The notes under the pieces were generated by a model. The model was not told the DNA's origin. It saw only the letters and a list, made by a program, of their open reading frames with translations, and did not search any database. Shown here piece by piece: positions 39,090 through 49,147 of a DNA stretch of 64,000 nt. This DNA is from Daejeonella sp. Its GTDB lineage: Bacteria > Bacteroidota > Bacteroidia > Sphingobacteriales > Sphingobacteriaceae. Both the position numbers and the translations under genes were made by a program. Where the stretch lies: NCBI RefSeq assembly GCF_037719425.1, contig NZ_JBBJNI010000003.1:563-64562 (forward strand). Direction: 5' to 3'. Position 1 is the stretch's first letter, and each line of letters opens with the position of its first letter.

Positions 39090-40106
39090 ATGGCGCGTCA
39101 TTTTGTGACAATAAAGGATATTGCAAAAATTTTAAATGTTTCCGTATCAACGGTATCCAGGGCTCTAAGGGACACCTACGATGTTAATAAAGAAACTAAA
39201 GAAAGAATTTTAGCCTTAGCTGCTGAATTAAAATATAAGCCAAATTTTAATGCCACTGGTTTAGCGAAAGGAAGTACACATAATATTGGCATTGTTCTTC
39301 CATTTATTACCAATTATTATTTTTCAACAGTTATTACAGGAATACAGGAAGTAGCATATAATAATGGCTATAATATTATCTTATTTGTTACAAATGATTC
39401 TCCTGAAAGAGAATTATCGATAATCCAAAATTTATCTGTTTCGAGTTTAGATGGTTTGCTGGTATCGATTTCTTCTAATTCTGATTCTTGCAATCATTTT
39501 CAGGAAATTATTGACGAAGGGATGCCAATTGTTTTTTTTGACAGGATAGCCAGTGAAATTGAAGCTTCTAAAGTTATGCAGGATGATTATAACGGCGCTT
39601 TCGAAGCCGTGGAACATCTTATTAAAAATGGTTATACGAAAATTGCACATATTGCCGGACCCAAAGGGCTGACATTCACTGAAAAAAGGTTGCAGGGATA
39701 TCTTGATGCATTAAGGAAACATAATATCGCAGTTTGTGAAGATTGGATCATCTTTTCAGGGTTTTCGAAGGAATGCGGTGAAGAGGATACCTATAAATTA
39801 TTGAATTGCACGATACGGCCAGATGCGATTTTTGCAGTAAACGACAGAAAAGCAATCGGAGCGATGCTTGCTCTTAAAAATAAAAAAATTGTTATAGGCA
39901 AGGAAATTGGAGTAATCGGATTTACTAATGATCCTGTATCAACTATAATTAGCCCCTCTTTATCAACTATCGCAGAACCAGCTTTTGAGATAGGAGAAAA
40001 AAGCTGCGAATTACTTTTAAATCATATAAGGAAGAGTTATTTTCATCCTCAGGAAATAACACTACCGGGTCACCTCATTATCAGAGAATCAACAAAAAGG
40101 TCCTGA
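39090..40106 (+). CDS. LacI-family transcriptional regulator (candidate local amino-sugar repressor)
   Basis: VTIKDIAKILNVSVSTVSRAL HTH, YKPN hinge, PIVFFDR, PDAIFAVND, IIRES; divergent from tandem susCD and convergent with nagA. Confidence 0.95.
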   Translation: MARHFVTIKDIAKILNVSVSTVSRALRDTYDVNKETKERILALAAELKYKPNFNATGLAKGSTHNIGIVLPFITNYYFSTVITGIQEVAYNNGYNIILFVTNDSPERELSIIQNLSVSSLDGLLVSISSNSDSCNHFQEIIDEGMPIVFFDRIASEIEASKVMQDDYNGAFEAVEHLIKNGYTKIAHIAGPKGLTFTEKRLQGYLDALRKHNIAVCEDWIIFSGFSKECGEEDTYKLLNCTIRPDAIFAVNDRKAIGAMLALKNKKIVIGKEIGVIGFTNDPVSTIISPSLSTIAEPAFEIGEKSCELLLNHIRKSYFHPQEITLPGHLIIRESTKRS

Positions 40107-40231
40107 TCCTACTCAAAGCTTAATCACAAGTAATTTTTATATAAATTAAGTCGTCTCCAGCCTTTTCGATAGTTCATTACCCTCAATGATAGAATTCGTG
40201 TCAGCCTGTAACCAAGAATCATAATCCGCTA

Positions 40232-41440
40232 TTACTCATTTCCAAGCTGTTCGTTTGAATTGTAAACAATTTTCCCCTTTACTATTGTGGTTTGAATGCT
40301 AATGCCCTCATCAAAGATGACGATATCAGCATCTTTACCCTCAATCAACGATCCTTTCTTATCCGCAATATTCATTATGCGCGCTGGTGTACTGGTGATC
40401 ATCTTAACAGCATCTATAAGCGGAACATTGGCCATAGCAACCATGTTTTTCACTAACCGGTTTGCCGTGGCGACACTTCCTGCAAAAGAGCTGCGATCTG
40501 GAAGTTTGGCAACGCCATCTTCTATTATCACCTTTAGTCCGGAATATTGGTTACCCAACATACTTTCACCCTCAGGCATACCCGCGCCACGCATCGAATC
40601 CGTTATCAAAGCAATTTTATCTGCTCCCTTTATCTTATACACCAGTTTCAGCAAAGGTGCTGGCAGGTGTATTCCGTCAGCAATGACCTCAACATCCATT
40701 TCATTTATGAGATAGGCGCTTTCTATCACTCCCGCATAACGAAAGGCATCTCGCTGGGTAACTCCCGACATACCTGAATATAGATGTGTAGCAAGGGTAT
40801 ACCCGTTTTCAAATGCTTCCAGTACCTCTTCATAAATTGCGTCGGTATGGGCCAAAGCTGCCAGAATCCCTTTGGACCGCAGATATTTTCCAAATTGTAT
40901 TGCTCCCTTTAATTCAGGTGCCGCACTCCATCTTTTAATAATATTGGAGCGGGAAATAACATCTTTATATTCTTTGGGATCAGGATCCCGAATGTAGCGG
41001 GGATCCTGCGCTCCACGCTGGGTCATGGCAAAATAAGGGCCTTCCAAATGCATTCCCATAAGTTGAGCTCCGTCTATATTTTCCTTACTTACCTTTTCGA
41101 AAATATCAAGAGTTTTCAACAAATCACCCTTTTCGCTGGTTAACGTAGTAGGAAACATAGCTGTTGTTCCAAACCGGGCATGGGTTTGTGCTATCTCAAG
41201 GAAGGCTTCAACGCTATTATCCATAAAATCATGGCCACCGCCGCCATGCACATGAATATCAATAAAACCAGGAGATATGAAGTTTCCTCCGGCATCGATT
41301 TCAATCGCCCCGTCTACATCAATATCTCCCTCTTTTACGGCAGTGATGGTATCTCCGCTAATCAGAACTGTCCCCCGGGGAATAATCCGGTAGGGTGTAA
41401 GGATCCGCCCGTTATATATTTTTAATCGTTGTGAGTTCAT
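40232..41440 (-). CDS. nagA: N-acetylglucosamine-6-phosphate deacetylase
   Basis: PGFIDIHVHG, GTT..PT, HLEGP, APE, AHT, THLYSGM, DGIH, LITD, FAGS, GKDADIV. Confidence 0.93.
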   Translation of the reverse strand: MNSQRLKIYNGRILTPYRIIPRGTVLISGDTITAVKEGDIDVDGAIEIDAGGNFISPGFIDIHVHGGGGHDFMDNSVEAFLEIAQTHARFGTTAMFPTTLTSEKGDLLKTLDIFEKVSKENIDGAQLMGMHLEGPYFAMTQRGAQDPRYIRDPDPKEYKDVISRSNIIKRWSAAPELKGAIQFGKYLRSKGILAALAHTDAIYEEVLEAFENGYTLATHLYSGMSGVTQRDAFRYAGVIESAYLINEMDVEVIADGIHLPAPLLKLVYKIKGADKIALITDSMRGAGMPEGESMLGNQYSGLKVIIEDGVAKLPDRSSFAGSVATANRLVKNMVAMANVPLIDAVKMITSTPARIMNIADKKGSLIEGKDADIVIFDEGISIQTTIVKGKIVYNSNEQLGNE

Positions 41441-41511
41441 GTTTCTAGCTCACTGTCTTTATCGCTAACTACTATAGTCCCTTTTTGAAAATTTCCATCT
41501 TCTGAACACAC

Positions 41512-42267
41512 TTAATTTTTATGAATAAAATCGGCAGAAAGAAGCGCCGCAGAATTCTGATCTAAATAGTAAGTGCAATTCGGATGCAGCTGAAGAATAC
41601 TTGCTGGCACTAAATTGCTGACAGCGCCTTCCAGAGAATCTTTTACAGCACTAGCCTTTCTTCTGTCCGGAACTGAACAAATAATATATTTGGATTTACA
41701 TATTTGACTAACCGACATACTAATGGCCTTTGCAGGTACATCCGAAACAGACTTAAACCAACCTTCGTTGTACTGCTGTTTACGGCATTGCTCTTCCAGG
41801 TCCACAATGATATAAGGTTCTAGCGTATCAAAATCGGCAGGTGGATCATTAAAAGCAAGGTGGCCATTTTCTCCAATCCCAACCAATGCCACATCTATGG
41901 GATTCAATTCAATGATACTATTTAATCGATTACATTCAATGACAGGGTCGGCTTCACCATTCACTAGATAGCTTGCTTTCAAAGGCTGCACCTTGTCCAG
42001 GAATCTTTCCTTCAAATATTTCCTAAAACTAGCATTAGAAGACTCCGGCAATCCAATATATTCATCCAGATGGAACATTACAACTTTGCCCCAGTCTATA
42101 TCTTTTTCTAAGACTAATTGCTTTAATGTCTCAAATTGACTTGCCCCGGTAGCCAGAATAATATTTGCACTTCCATTTTTCTCAATGGTGTTCCTTATTA
42201 ACTCGGCAGCTGCCTTTCCAGCTGTATTACCTAATTCAGCAGGATCTTTTGTTATAATAATTTCCAT
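41512..42267 (-). CDS. nagB: Glucosamine-6-phosphate deaminase family
   Basis: [35 protein letters not shown]; co-oriented upstream of nagA. Confidence 0.88.
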   Translation of the reverse strand: MEIIITKDPAELGNTAGKAAAELIRNTIEKNGSANIILATGASQFETLKQLVLEKDIDWGKVVMFHLDEYIGLPESSNASFRKYLKERFLDKVQPLKASYLVNGEADPVIECNRLNSIIELNPIDVALVGIGENGHLAFNDPPADFDTLEPYIIVDLEEQCRKQQYNEGWFKSVSDVPAKAISMSVSQICKSKYIICSVPDRRKASAVKDSLEGAVSNLVPASILQLHPNCTYYLDQNSAALLSADFIHKN

Positions 42268-42520
42268 TTAAAATATTTTTTAATATTTGATACGTCATTA
42301 ACATTTGACTAATATATAACAGCCCGCCTTAAGCAGTAGCTTTATTTCCACAAGAGGCAAATATCTGTCATTAAGGTTTTTATAAGAAAGTACATTTAAA
42401 CTCTACAGCATAATAAAACATTCATCATATGGCTGATAATATTCTTCAAAAAACCTAAAACTTGAATTAAGGGGAAAACTACGCACAATTTCAGGTGAAT
42501 TAAGAGAATCGACTCAATAA

Positions 42521-42556
42521 AAAAGCGATAACGTTATCGATAACGTTATCGCTTTT
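42521..42556. promoter_or_regulatory. Perfect 36-bp palindrome containing two perfect LacI-type operators
   Basis: AAAAGCGATAACGTTATC|GATAACGTTATCGCTTTT; CGATAACGTTATCG at 42526-42539 and 42538-42551; ~255 bp upstream of nagB. Confidence 0.85.
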
Positions 42557-42649
42557 CTTAGTCATCTTAGTAATCCAAAAGGGCATAGTTCGATTAAGTA
42601 TGCCATCCCCGCCCTGAAATAAAGCAACTCCTTTACCAAAAACACAATT

Positions 42650-43075
42650 CATATTATCATTCGGATAATTGCCATGTTCGCCTATCAGCAAAACCCCGTC
42701 TACTGCCAGTTCATCTCCTCCAAGTTTAAGAGCGTCCATTACGATTTGAAAAACTGGAATATTATATTTCTTTGCCATATCACGGTTCAAATCATTCTCG
42801 GGAACCTGTTCTGTGAAGATTGATACAATTTTTGATTCCGGATAAGGAGGCATCTGATCCTGATTAAATCCTTCAAGATACTTCCCCACAATTACATCCG
42901 TATGCGAATTGAGCCGATATTCAGTAACAATAGCAGCAATACGTTTCGGCTCTCCGGTATTTGCTAGCTTTATTTTACCATAAGTTGGATTTGATGCAAA
43001 GGACGCGTCAAGTCCGACATTTAAAGCAGATAAAGGCAAAACAGAAAGGCATTTAATCAGTTCTCTTCTTTTCAC
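42650..43075 (-). pseudogene. 3'-truncated paralogue of the Tat-exported protein at 1613-2911
   Basis: Collinear (PKRIAAIVTEYRLNSHTDVIVGKYLEG...DGVLLIGEHGNYP) until ~42655, then reads into the nagB regulatory region; 191-aa ORF versus 432 aa; GTG start. Confidence 0.8.
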
Positions 43076-43096
43076 TTGTAAAACATTAAATGTTAA

Positions 43097-43193
43097 CTAT
43101 TCTTACCCACCATAACCTCCTATTCAGAGTGGGAACTCCACTTTAACGGGCTTTGGCAGCAAGGGAGCTTCCCTTAATTAGAGTCTCTTCAGA
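43097..43193 (-). pseudogene. SusD C-terminal remnant
   Basis: Translates as SEETLIKGSSLAAKAR*SGVPTLNRRLWW, gap-free against SEEQFNRENFLAAKARQSGDNTLLSRVWW of SusD 3013-4563. GCTTTGGCAGCAAGG is exact at 3068-3082 and 43150-43164. Confidence 0.75.
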
Positions 43194-43304
43194 TAAAATA
43201 TATACTCTCAGGGTTCTTGCAACTGCCAGCAAGGTGATAGACTCAGCATTATGAACCTACTGAATAACGGGCTGGGTTAATTTCCTTCACCAGACCACTT
43301 AACA

Positions 43305-44664
43305 TTACGATCCAGTTACCTCCCGGATCACTCTTAGCCAATTCTGACCACAGATTTTCTTAACCCTGTCTTCAGTATAACCCAGATCACGGATAGCTTT
43401 TATCACTTTCGGATAATCACTCACATCTTTCATTTCGCGGGCCAGAGGAATGCCACCATCAAAATCTGAGCCCAGCGCAACATGATTTTCTCCTACAAGG
43501 TTTACACCATAGTCAATAACACGGGACAGTTGATCCACCCCCATAATATATTTATCAGACATGGCAATTCGGGGAATAAATGGCAATTCTGTAGCCGCCA
43601 GTTTATCAACATCGGCAATTGAAGCATTTTCCGGGGCTTTAAGAGTCACCGGCTTTTGAACAACCGGTTGAACAGGGTTTAATGACTTAACCCAATCTGC
43701 GTATCTTGGGTTATTAAATCCATTACCAAACTGGAGCCCCATTACCCCACCTTTGGCTGCAACAGCTTTTGCCGCATGATCTGTGATACACCGTTTATTA
43801 TCAACTATCCCCCGGAATCCGCCGTGACTATAAATAACAGGATGTTTACTAGCCTCTACAGACTGTAAAATAGCTTCATCGGATCCGTGCGCAATATTAA
43901 TCAGCATTCCGAGCCGATTCATTTCAGCTATTATATTTCTACCCAGCGAATTAATGCCGCCCCAGCGTCTCTCTCCATAACAGGCATCGATAAAGGCGTT
44001 ACTATCATTATGGGACGTTAACTGTAAGGATCGAAGGCCAAGCCTGTATATAAGGCTCTGAGGATATGCAGATCTCCCTCCAGGTCAAAGCCTCCCTCAA
44101 GATCAAGAAACGCCGCTACTTTCCCCTTTTTACTAATCCTTTCAATATCCTTTGCCGTAAAAGCCAACTCAATCTTGTCGCTATTTTTTTCTATCTGATC
44201 CAGGCCAATTCAACCACTCTGAACGTGTTTTTAACTTCGTAATGGCCAGGATAATAAGGTTCGGGCGTATAAACAGAAAAAAATACCGCATTAAGTCCCC
44301 CTTCGATGATTCTCGGAAGATCTACCGTACCATCAGAATACCTGTCTGCAACATCCAAATTTTGCAACAACTGTCTTGACATTACATGAATATGCCCATC
44401 CATAACAAATAATTTAGAGGGGCGTACTGAAATACCTGCTGGCGAAAATGTACTTAAAAATGCCAGTTCCTCAGAAGTTCTTAAAGCTGCCATACTGATA
44501 AAAGGCACGCTGGCCAAGCCTAAAGCACCTAGTCCAAGAAATTTACGACGCTTTATTTGATTCCCTTGTCCAACTGATTGATTTAATTTCAGCGGTTCAT
44601 TTATCGTATCCGCTTTGTTTGTTGAAATTTCTGATTTGAAAATTTCCCCGTCAATTTTTGACAT
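43305..44664 (-). pseudogene. Membrane dipeptidase (peptidase M19 family), Tat-type signal, split by two frameshifts
   Basis: DGHIH and VDLPRIIEGG in 44191-44664; the bridging frame reads LDQIEKNSDKIELAFTAKDI...LDLEGG; MNRLGM, YSHG, LGSDFDG in 43305-43922. Lesions: missing base at 44203-44204 and extra TA at 44047-44052. Confidence 0.82.
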
Positions 44665-44724
44665 ATTATAAAATTTGAAAGTACTTAACTTTGATTTGAA
44701 GCTAATTACTCCTTTAAAACGATG

Positions 44725-46149
44725 TTAAAGCTTAACCTGGGTAGTTCCCCCGTATTTTAAATCGATATCAACAGGCTTATTTGATCTCCAGGAGCCACCG
44801 GTAAAATCAGGCACATCAATCGAGTTTGAACGATTATTTACAGACCACTCACTCAGTGGAAATACTGCGCTCCATGCTGCGGCATCATAAACATCCTGAT
44901 CGAGGGGCAAGCCGTTTCTAAGACAGTCAATCACACGCCAGTCCATAAGGAAATCCATTCCGCCGTGTCCGCCTACTTGTTTTGCGAGATCGCCCACTTT
45001 TTTAACGATCGGCGGTGCATATTTTTCTTCGACCAATTTAAATTCTTCGGCAGAAAGCCAGCCATTGTGACTATTTGAAACACGTCCTGGGAGCGGGTAT
45101 TTCATCGCAGTACCTTTTGTACCACTTACCAGATGGATGCGAGAATATGGCCTAGGGGAGCTGACATCGTGCTGGATCATGATAGTACGTCCTTTATTGG
45201 TCCGGATAGTTGTCGTATTCATATTGCCGTTGAATGTATTATTGGCAAACTGCTTGTAGAATTCATCGGTTCCAGCCAGCTCCTTCGCCTTAGCCGCCAT
45301 CTGAAAGTCGTTACTCTGCATTGATACAAGGTAGTCTAGCTTATCTCCGCGATTGATGTCCAGCACCTGACAAACCGGTCCTAAACCATGAGTGGGGTAA
45401 AGACTACCTCTTCTCGTGGCATTCGCTTTTAAACGCCACATGTCCTGATAACCTGTCTTACTGAAATTGTTATCTATTAGATTATGAATATATGCACCTT
45501 CAGCATGCACTAACTCACCGAAGTAGCCCTGTCTCGCCATATTCAAGGTGAGGAGTTCAAAGAAGTCATAACAGGTGTTTTCCAGCATCATACAATGCTT
45601 CTTCTTACGTTCTGAAGTTTCGACCATTTGCCAGCATTCTTCCACAGTAACTGCCGCTGGAACTTCGATAAACACATGCTTTCCCATTTCCATAGCATAT
45701 AACGCCATTGGGGCATGCAGATGCCATGGAGTAGCTATATAGATGATATCGACATCTTTGCGGTCACACAACTTCTTCCATTCATTGGGACCGCCTGAAT
45801 AAAGCGCTGGCTTGTGGCCTAGCGGTTCAACTTTTTTCTGAACCTTAACCACATTTTCAGTTAGGAGATCAGACAAGCCGACCACCTTTACTCCCTCACA
45901 TTTTGTAAGATTCATAACATGTCCCGGGCCTCTTGAACCGAGGCCAATGAAACCTGCCCTAATATTTTCAATTTTCGGAGCGCCATAACCGCTCATGTTA
46001 AAATGCTGAATATATGGCCTCCCACTGTGAGGATTGGCGAAAAGGCTATTTTTAGATTCACTCGCAAACCCATTTAAAATACCACCTCCAGCTACACCAA
46101 GACCGGCCAAGCCACTCACTTTTAGAAAATTCCTGCGATTATTTTTCAT
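44725..46149 (-). CDS. GH109 NAD+-dependent alpha-N-acetylgalactosaminidase-like enzyme, Tat-exported
   Basis: NRRNFLK Tat signal; GLGSRG, ATPWHLH, EVPAA, MMLENTCY, AYIH, YPTHG, PRPYSR, GGHGGMD. Confidence 0.9.
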   Translation of the reverse strand: MKNNRRNFLKVSGLAGLGVAGGGILNGFASESKNSLFANPHSGRPYIQHFNMSGYGAPKIENIRAGFIGLGSRGPGHVMNLTKCEGVKVVGLSDLLTENVVKVQKKVEPLGHKPALYSGGPNEWKKLCDRKDVDIIYIATPWHLHAPMALYAMEMGKHVFIEVPAAVTVEECWQMVETSERKKKHCMMLENTCYDFFELLTLNMARQGYFGELVHAEGAYIHNLIDNNFSKTGYQDMWRLKANATRRGSLYPTHGLGPVCQVLDINRGDKLDYLVSMQSNDFQMAAKAKELAGTDEFYKQFANNTFNGNMNTTTIRTNKGRTIMIQHDVSSPRPYSRIHLVSGTKGTAMKYPLPGRVSNSHNGWLSAEEFKLVEEKYAPPIVKKVGDLAKQVGGHGGMDFLMDWRVIDCLRNGLPLDQDVYDAAAWSAVFPLSEWSVNNRSNSIDVPDFTGGSWRSNKPVDIDLKYGGTTQVKL

Positions 46150-46337
46150 TATTTATGTTCATTTTGTTGTGTCGATATAAAACAATTCTCCAAAAAGCCC
46201 CGGGACTCAAAATATATTCTTTCGTCTATTCGTCCGGCATTTCGAATCCTTAAGATGCAAAACTTTAATCACATCATATGTAACAAAAAAAATCATCCAC
46301 AATTCAGAGCGGTATTGCGTCCTATTCTCCCTAAAAC

Positions 46338-47567
46338 TTAGATTTTAATGAATATTCTTCTCTTATACATCCAATATAGGATCAGCCATTCTATTAATAA
46401 CACCAGACTACCACTTATGAGCGTCGCGTATGGTCCGAACCCTTTGTCGAAATTCTGACCTAAATGTTTGAGCAGCGATTCAATGACGGATTTTACACTA
46501 CCATCAGCAATAAGGTATGCAGCAATGGAGTTCATACCGATCACCATAAGAAAAAATGACCACTTCTTTTTATTGAATATATCAATCACACCGAAGAAAA
46601 AAGACAGAAACAAAAAGCAGATACCGCCACTGAAAATTGTCCATGCGGGCGTCCAGATGCGTTTGACAACCGGGTTGACCCCGATTAGATGCAACAATAC
46701 TCCAAACGCGATCAGTGAGGTTCCAGCAATTATGAAAACCTTCATTTTCTTTCTATCCGCCATGCTGGACGCCAAAATACTGCCGGCAAGCAGTCCGAGT
46801 ATCATTGTTCCCAAAGTTGGTATAAAACTCAGTGTACTGTATCCACCTCTATTGAATTGAAACTCCTTAGTACGCGGGAATAAATTCATAAACCAGTTGT
46901 CAAATGCCCAGGCCAGGTTTGTATTTTTATTCCAGTGCGCTGCAAAACCATTTAAATTATATTCCCAGCCGGCTTTAACACCAGCAGCTGCATAATTGAA
47001 ATCCGGGCCAGGCAAAGGGTACAAAGCGAATGCAAGCCAGTATCCTACTAATATAGTAACCAGGCCAATTATCTGCACGCGCGATGAATACAATGCTAGC
47101 AAAACCAGAAAGGGATATCCCAGGCCGATCTGAGTAAGTGTATCTTCAAACGTAAAATTAATTCGTTGGGAATGAATAGAACGAAGAAAAATCCCGAGCA
47201 AAATCAGTATAAGCGAGCGCTTCAAGGTATGTAATAAGATATTAGTCACCGATGCTCCTTTACTTTTACGGCTTGCAATCGAATACGGTAAAACCACACC
47301 GACCAGAAATGTAAAAGATGGCTGAATTGTGTCATGTAAACTCAACCACACCCATTCCACATGGCTCTGGTGAAAAGCTATGATTTTCCAGAATGAGCTT
47401 TCAGGGATAGCCTCTGAAACATCCGAAAGTGAAAGCACTTCCACCATCATTAACAGCATGACAAGCCCGCGATAGACATCCACAGAAGCAATCCTGTTTA
47501 CAGGCATCGCCGGATTGATCACTACACCGGAAATGGGGACAATTTCTTCTGCACCGGATTTTTTCAT
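46338..47567 (-). CDS. HGSNAT/NagX-like (DUF5009) multi-pass membrane acyltransferase
   Basis: RIASVDVYRG, H.EW, DTIQPSFTFLVG, TLTQIG, PVVKRIWT, IGMNSIAAY; many hydrophobic helices. Confidence 0.85.
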   Translation of the reverse strand: MKKSGAEEIVPISGVVINPAMPVNRIASVDVYRGLVMLLMMVEVLSLSDVSEAIPESSFWKIIAFHQSHVEWVWLSLHDTIQPSFTFLVGVVLPYSIASRKSKGASVTNILLHTLKRSLILILLGIFLRSIHSQRINFTFEDTLTQIGLGYPFLVLLALYSSRVQIIGLVTILVGYWLAFALYPLPGPDFNYAAAGVKAGWEYNLNGFAAHWNKNTNLAWAFDNWFMNLFPRTKEFQFNRGGYSTLSFIPTLGTMILGLLAGSILASSMADRKKMKVFIIAGTSLIAFGVLLHLIGVNPVVKRIWTPAWTIFSGGICFLFLSFFFGVIDIFNKKKWSFFLMVIGMNSIAAYLIADGSVKSVIESLLKHLGQNFDKGFGPYATLISGSLVLLIEWLILYWMYKRRIFIKI

Positions 47568-47606
47568 GTTATTGGTGTACGTCTTTCATCAAAATATAGC
47601 TTCTCT

Positions 47607-48953
47607 TTAAATTTTAGGCTGCCATCCTGTATGATATTCACGTCCCCATAATTTTTGACCATCTTTGTCACCCAGGATATGGCCATTCTTAGGATCGATT
47701 TTTAAATCACGACCTAAGCGCCAGGAAATATTTCCCAACTGCATGGCAACACAGCTCTTATGGCCCAGTTCCACATCGCAATTAGGGCGGCGGTTATTCC
47801 GAATGGCATCAAGGAAATCAATTACGTGAAGACTATCGAGTCCTAAACTTGGGCTTGCAGTATTGCGTCCATCAATACCTTCTTCTTTCATAAGAGATTT
47901 CACCTCATTTACTAATTTGCCAGAAAGGTCATAAACCTTATACTCATCACCCCCTGTATCCAAACTTCCATTTTCGCCGTAGAAAATAACACCACGTTCT
48001 TGCCCTTCAATCTTTCTTCCATTTGAACTCCTGTTCTCCCACATCAATGATATGCGCCCGGGGTAATCCATCGTGATAACTTGAGTATCTGGAGTTTGCC
48101 AATCATCTTTAAACTGGTATCTGCCTCCAACAGAAGTAACACGGGTAGGGTAATCAACCCCTAATCCCCAACGTGCAACGTCAACCTCATGGGTTCCATT
48201 ATTCAAAGCTTCTCCAGTTCCCCAATTCCAGAACCAATGCCAATTATAATGAATTAAGCCGTCTTGATAAGGAACACGCGGCGCTGGCCCCTGCCATAAA
48301 TCGTAATCAAGCCAGGTTGGTACCGGACCCGGTTTGAGGAAAGTTTCTTTGCGATTATTGGTATACCACGCTTTCGCTAAGTAAACACGGCCAATAATCC
48401 CTTTGTGTAATTGATCGATCCCTTGGGAGAGCACGGGTGCTGAACGCCGTTGTGCACCCATCTGAACCACCCTGTTATATTTTCTCGCTGCTGCGATAGC
48501 AATTTCCCCCTCTCTGGGATTATGACTTAAAGGTTTTTCTACATAGACATGTTTGCCAGCCTGGCAACCCATGATCGTAAGAGGCGAATGCCAGTGATCA
48601 GGGGTTGCAATGTAAATGGCATCAATGGATTTATCTTCTAATACCTTACGGCAATCTTTTTCTGACTGAGGGGTATTGACTTGTTTGGCATCCATGACCG
48701 TTTTGATGGCCTTGGGTATAGCTCTTTCATCCACATCACATACGCATGTCACTTCTGCATTTTTTTGCCGGGCAATTGTACCAGACATGCTGTTTCCACG
48801 ACCGTTTACACCAATGGTGGCCACCCGCACTCTGTCGTTAGCACCTATGATATTTTTATAACTCTTTGCACTAAAGCCAAAGACTGTTCCTCCGAATGTC
48901 AGGCCAACAGAACCGATAGCCACTTTCTTAATAAAATTACGTCTCTTCTCCAT
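47607..48953 (-). CDS. Tat-exported Gfo/Idh/MocA NAD-dependent oxidoreductase
   Basis: EKRRNFIKK; GVNGRG, ATPDHWH, GKHVYVEKP, QMGAQRRS, WQGPAP, YNWHWFW, NNGTHEVD; paralogue of 12960-14330. Confidence 0.92.
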   Translation of the reverse strand: MEKRRNFIKKVAIGSVGLTFGGTVFGFSAKSYKNIIGANDRVRVATIGVNGRGNSMSGTIARQKNAEVTCVCDVDERAIPKAIKTVMDAKQVNTPQSEKDCRKVLEDKSIDAIYIATPDHWHSPLTIMGCQAGKHVYVEKPLSHNPREGEIAIAAARKYNRVVQMGAQRRSAPVLSQGIDQLHKGIIGRVYLAKAWYTNNRKETFLKPGPVPTWLDYDLWQGPAPRVPYQDGLIHYNWHWFWNWGTGEALNNGTHEVDVARWGLGVDYPTRVTSVGGRYQFKDDWQTPDTQVITMDYPGRISLMWENRSSNGRKIEGQERGVIFYGENGSLDTGGDEYKVYDLSGKLVNEVKSLMKEEGIDGRNTASPSLGLDSLHVIDFLDAIRNNRRPNCDVELGHKSCVAMQLGNISWRLGRDLKIDPKNGHILGDKDGQKLWGREYHTGWQPKI

Positions 48954-49147
48954 TAATCTATTCTGATTTGCATTACTGTTTTATAAAATATAAGTCTCGG
49001 TAATTCATGTAAAGAATATACGGTCTCTACACAAGCGGAATTTCATAAGTTTCTGATGCTGAAAGTACGAAAAATTACAATTAGCTCGTGGAAAGATAAA
49101 ACTGTAAATTCTTAATAATTTACTATCGTTGTTTTGCCAATAGGATA

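Noticed and set aside
14550-42556. CRISPR repeats or REP/MITE elements as the explanation for the recurrent palindrome
   Set aside because: Copies are kilobases apart with no spacer periodicity, no cas genes and no target-site duplications, and they sit upstream of genes as operators do.
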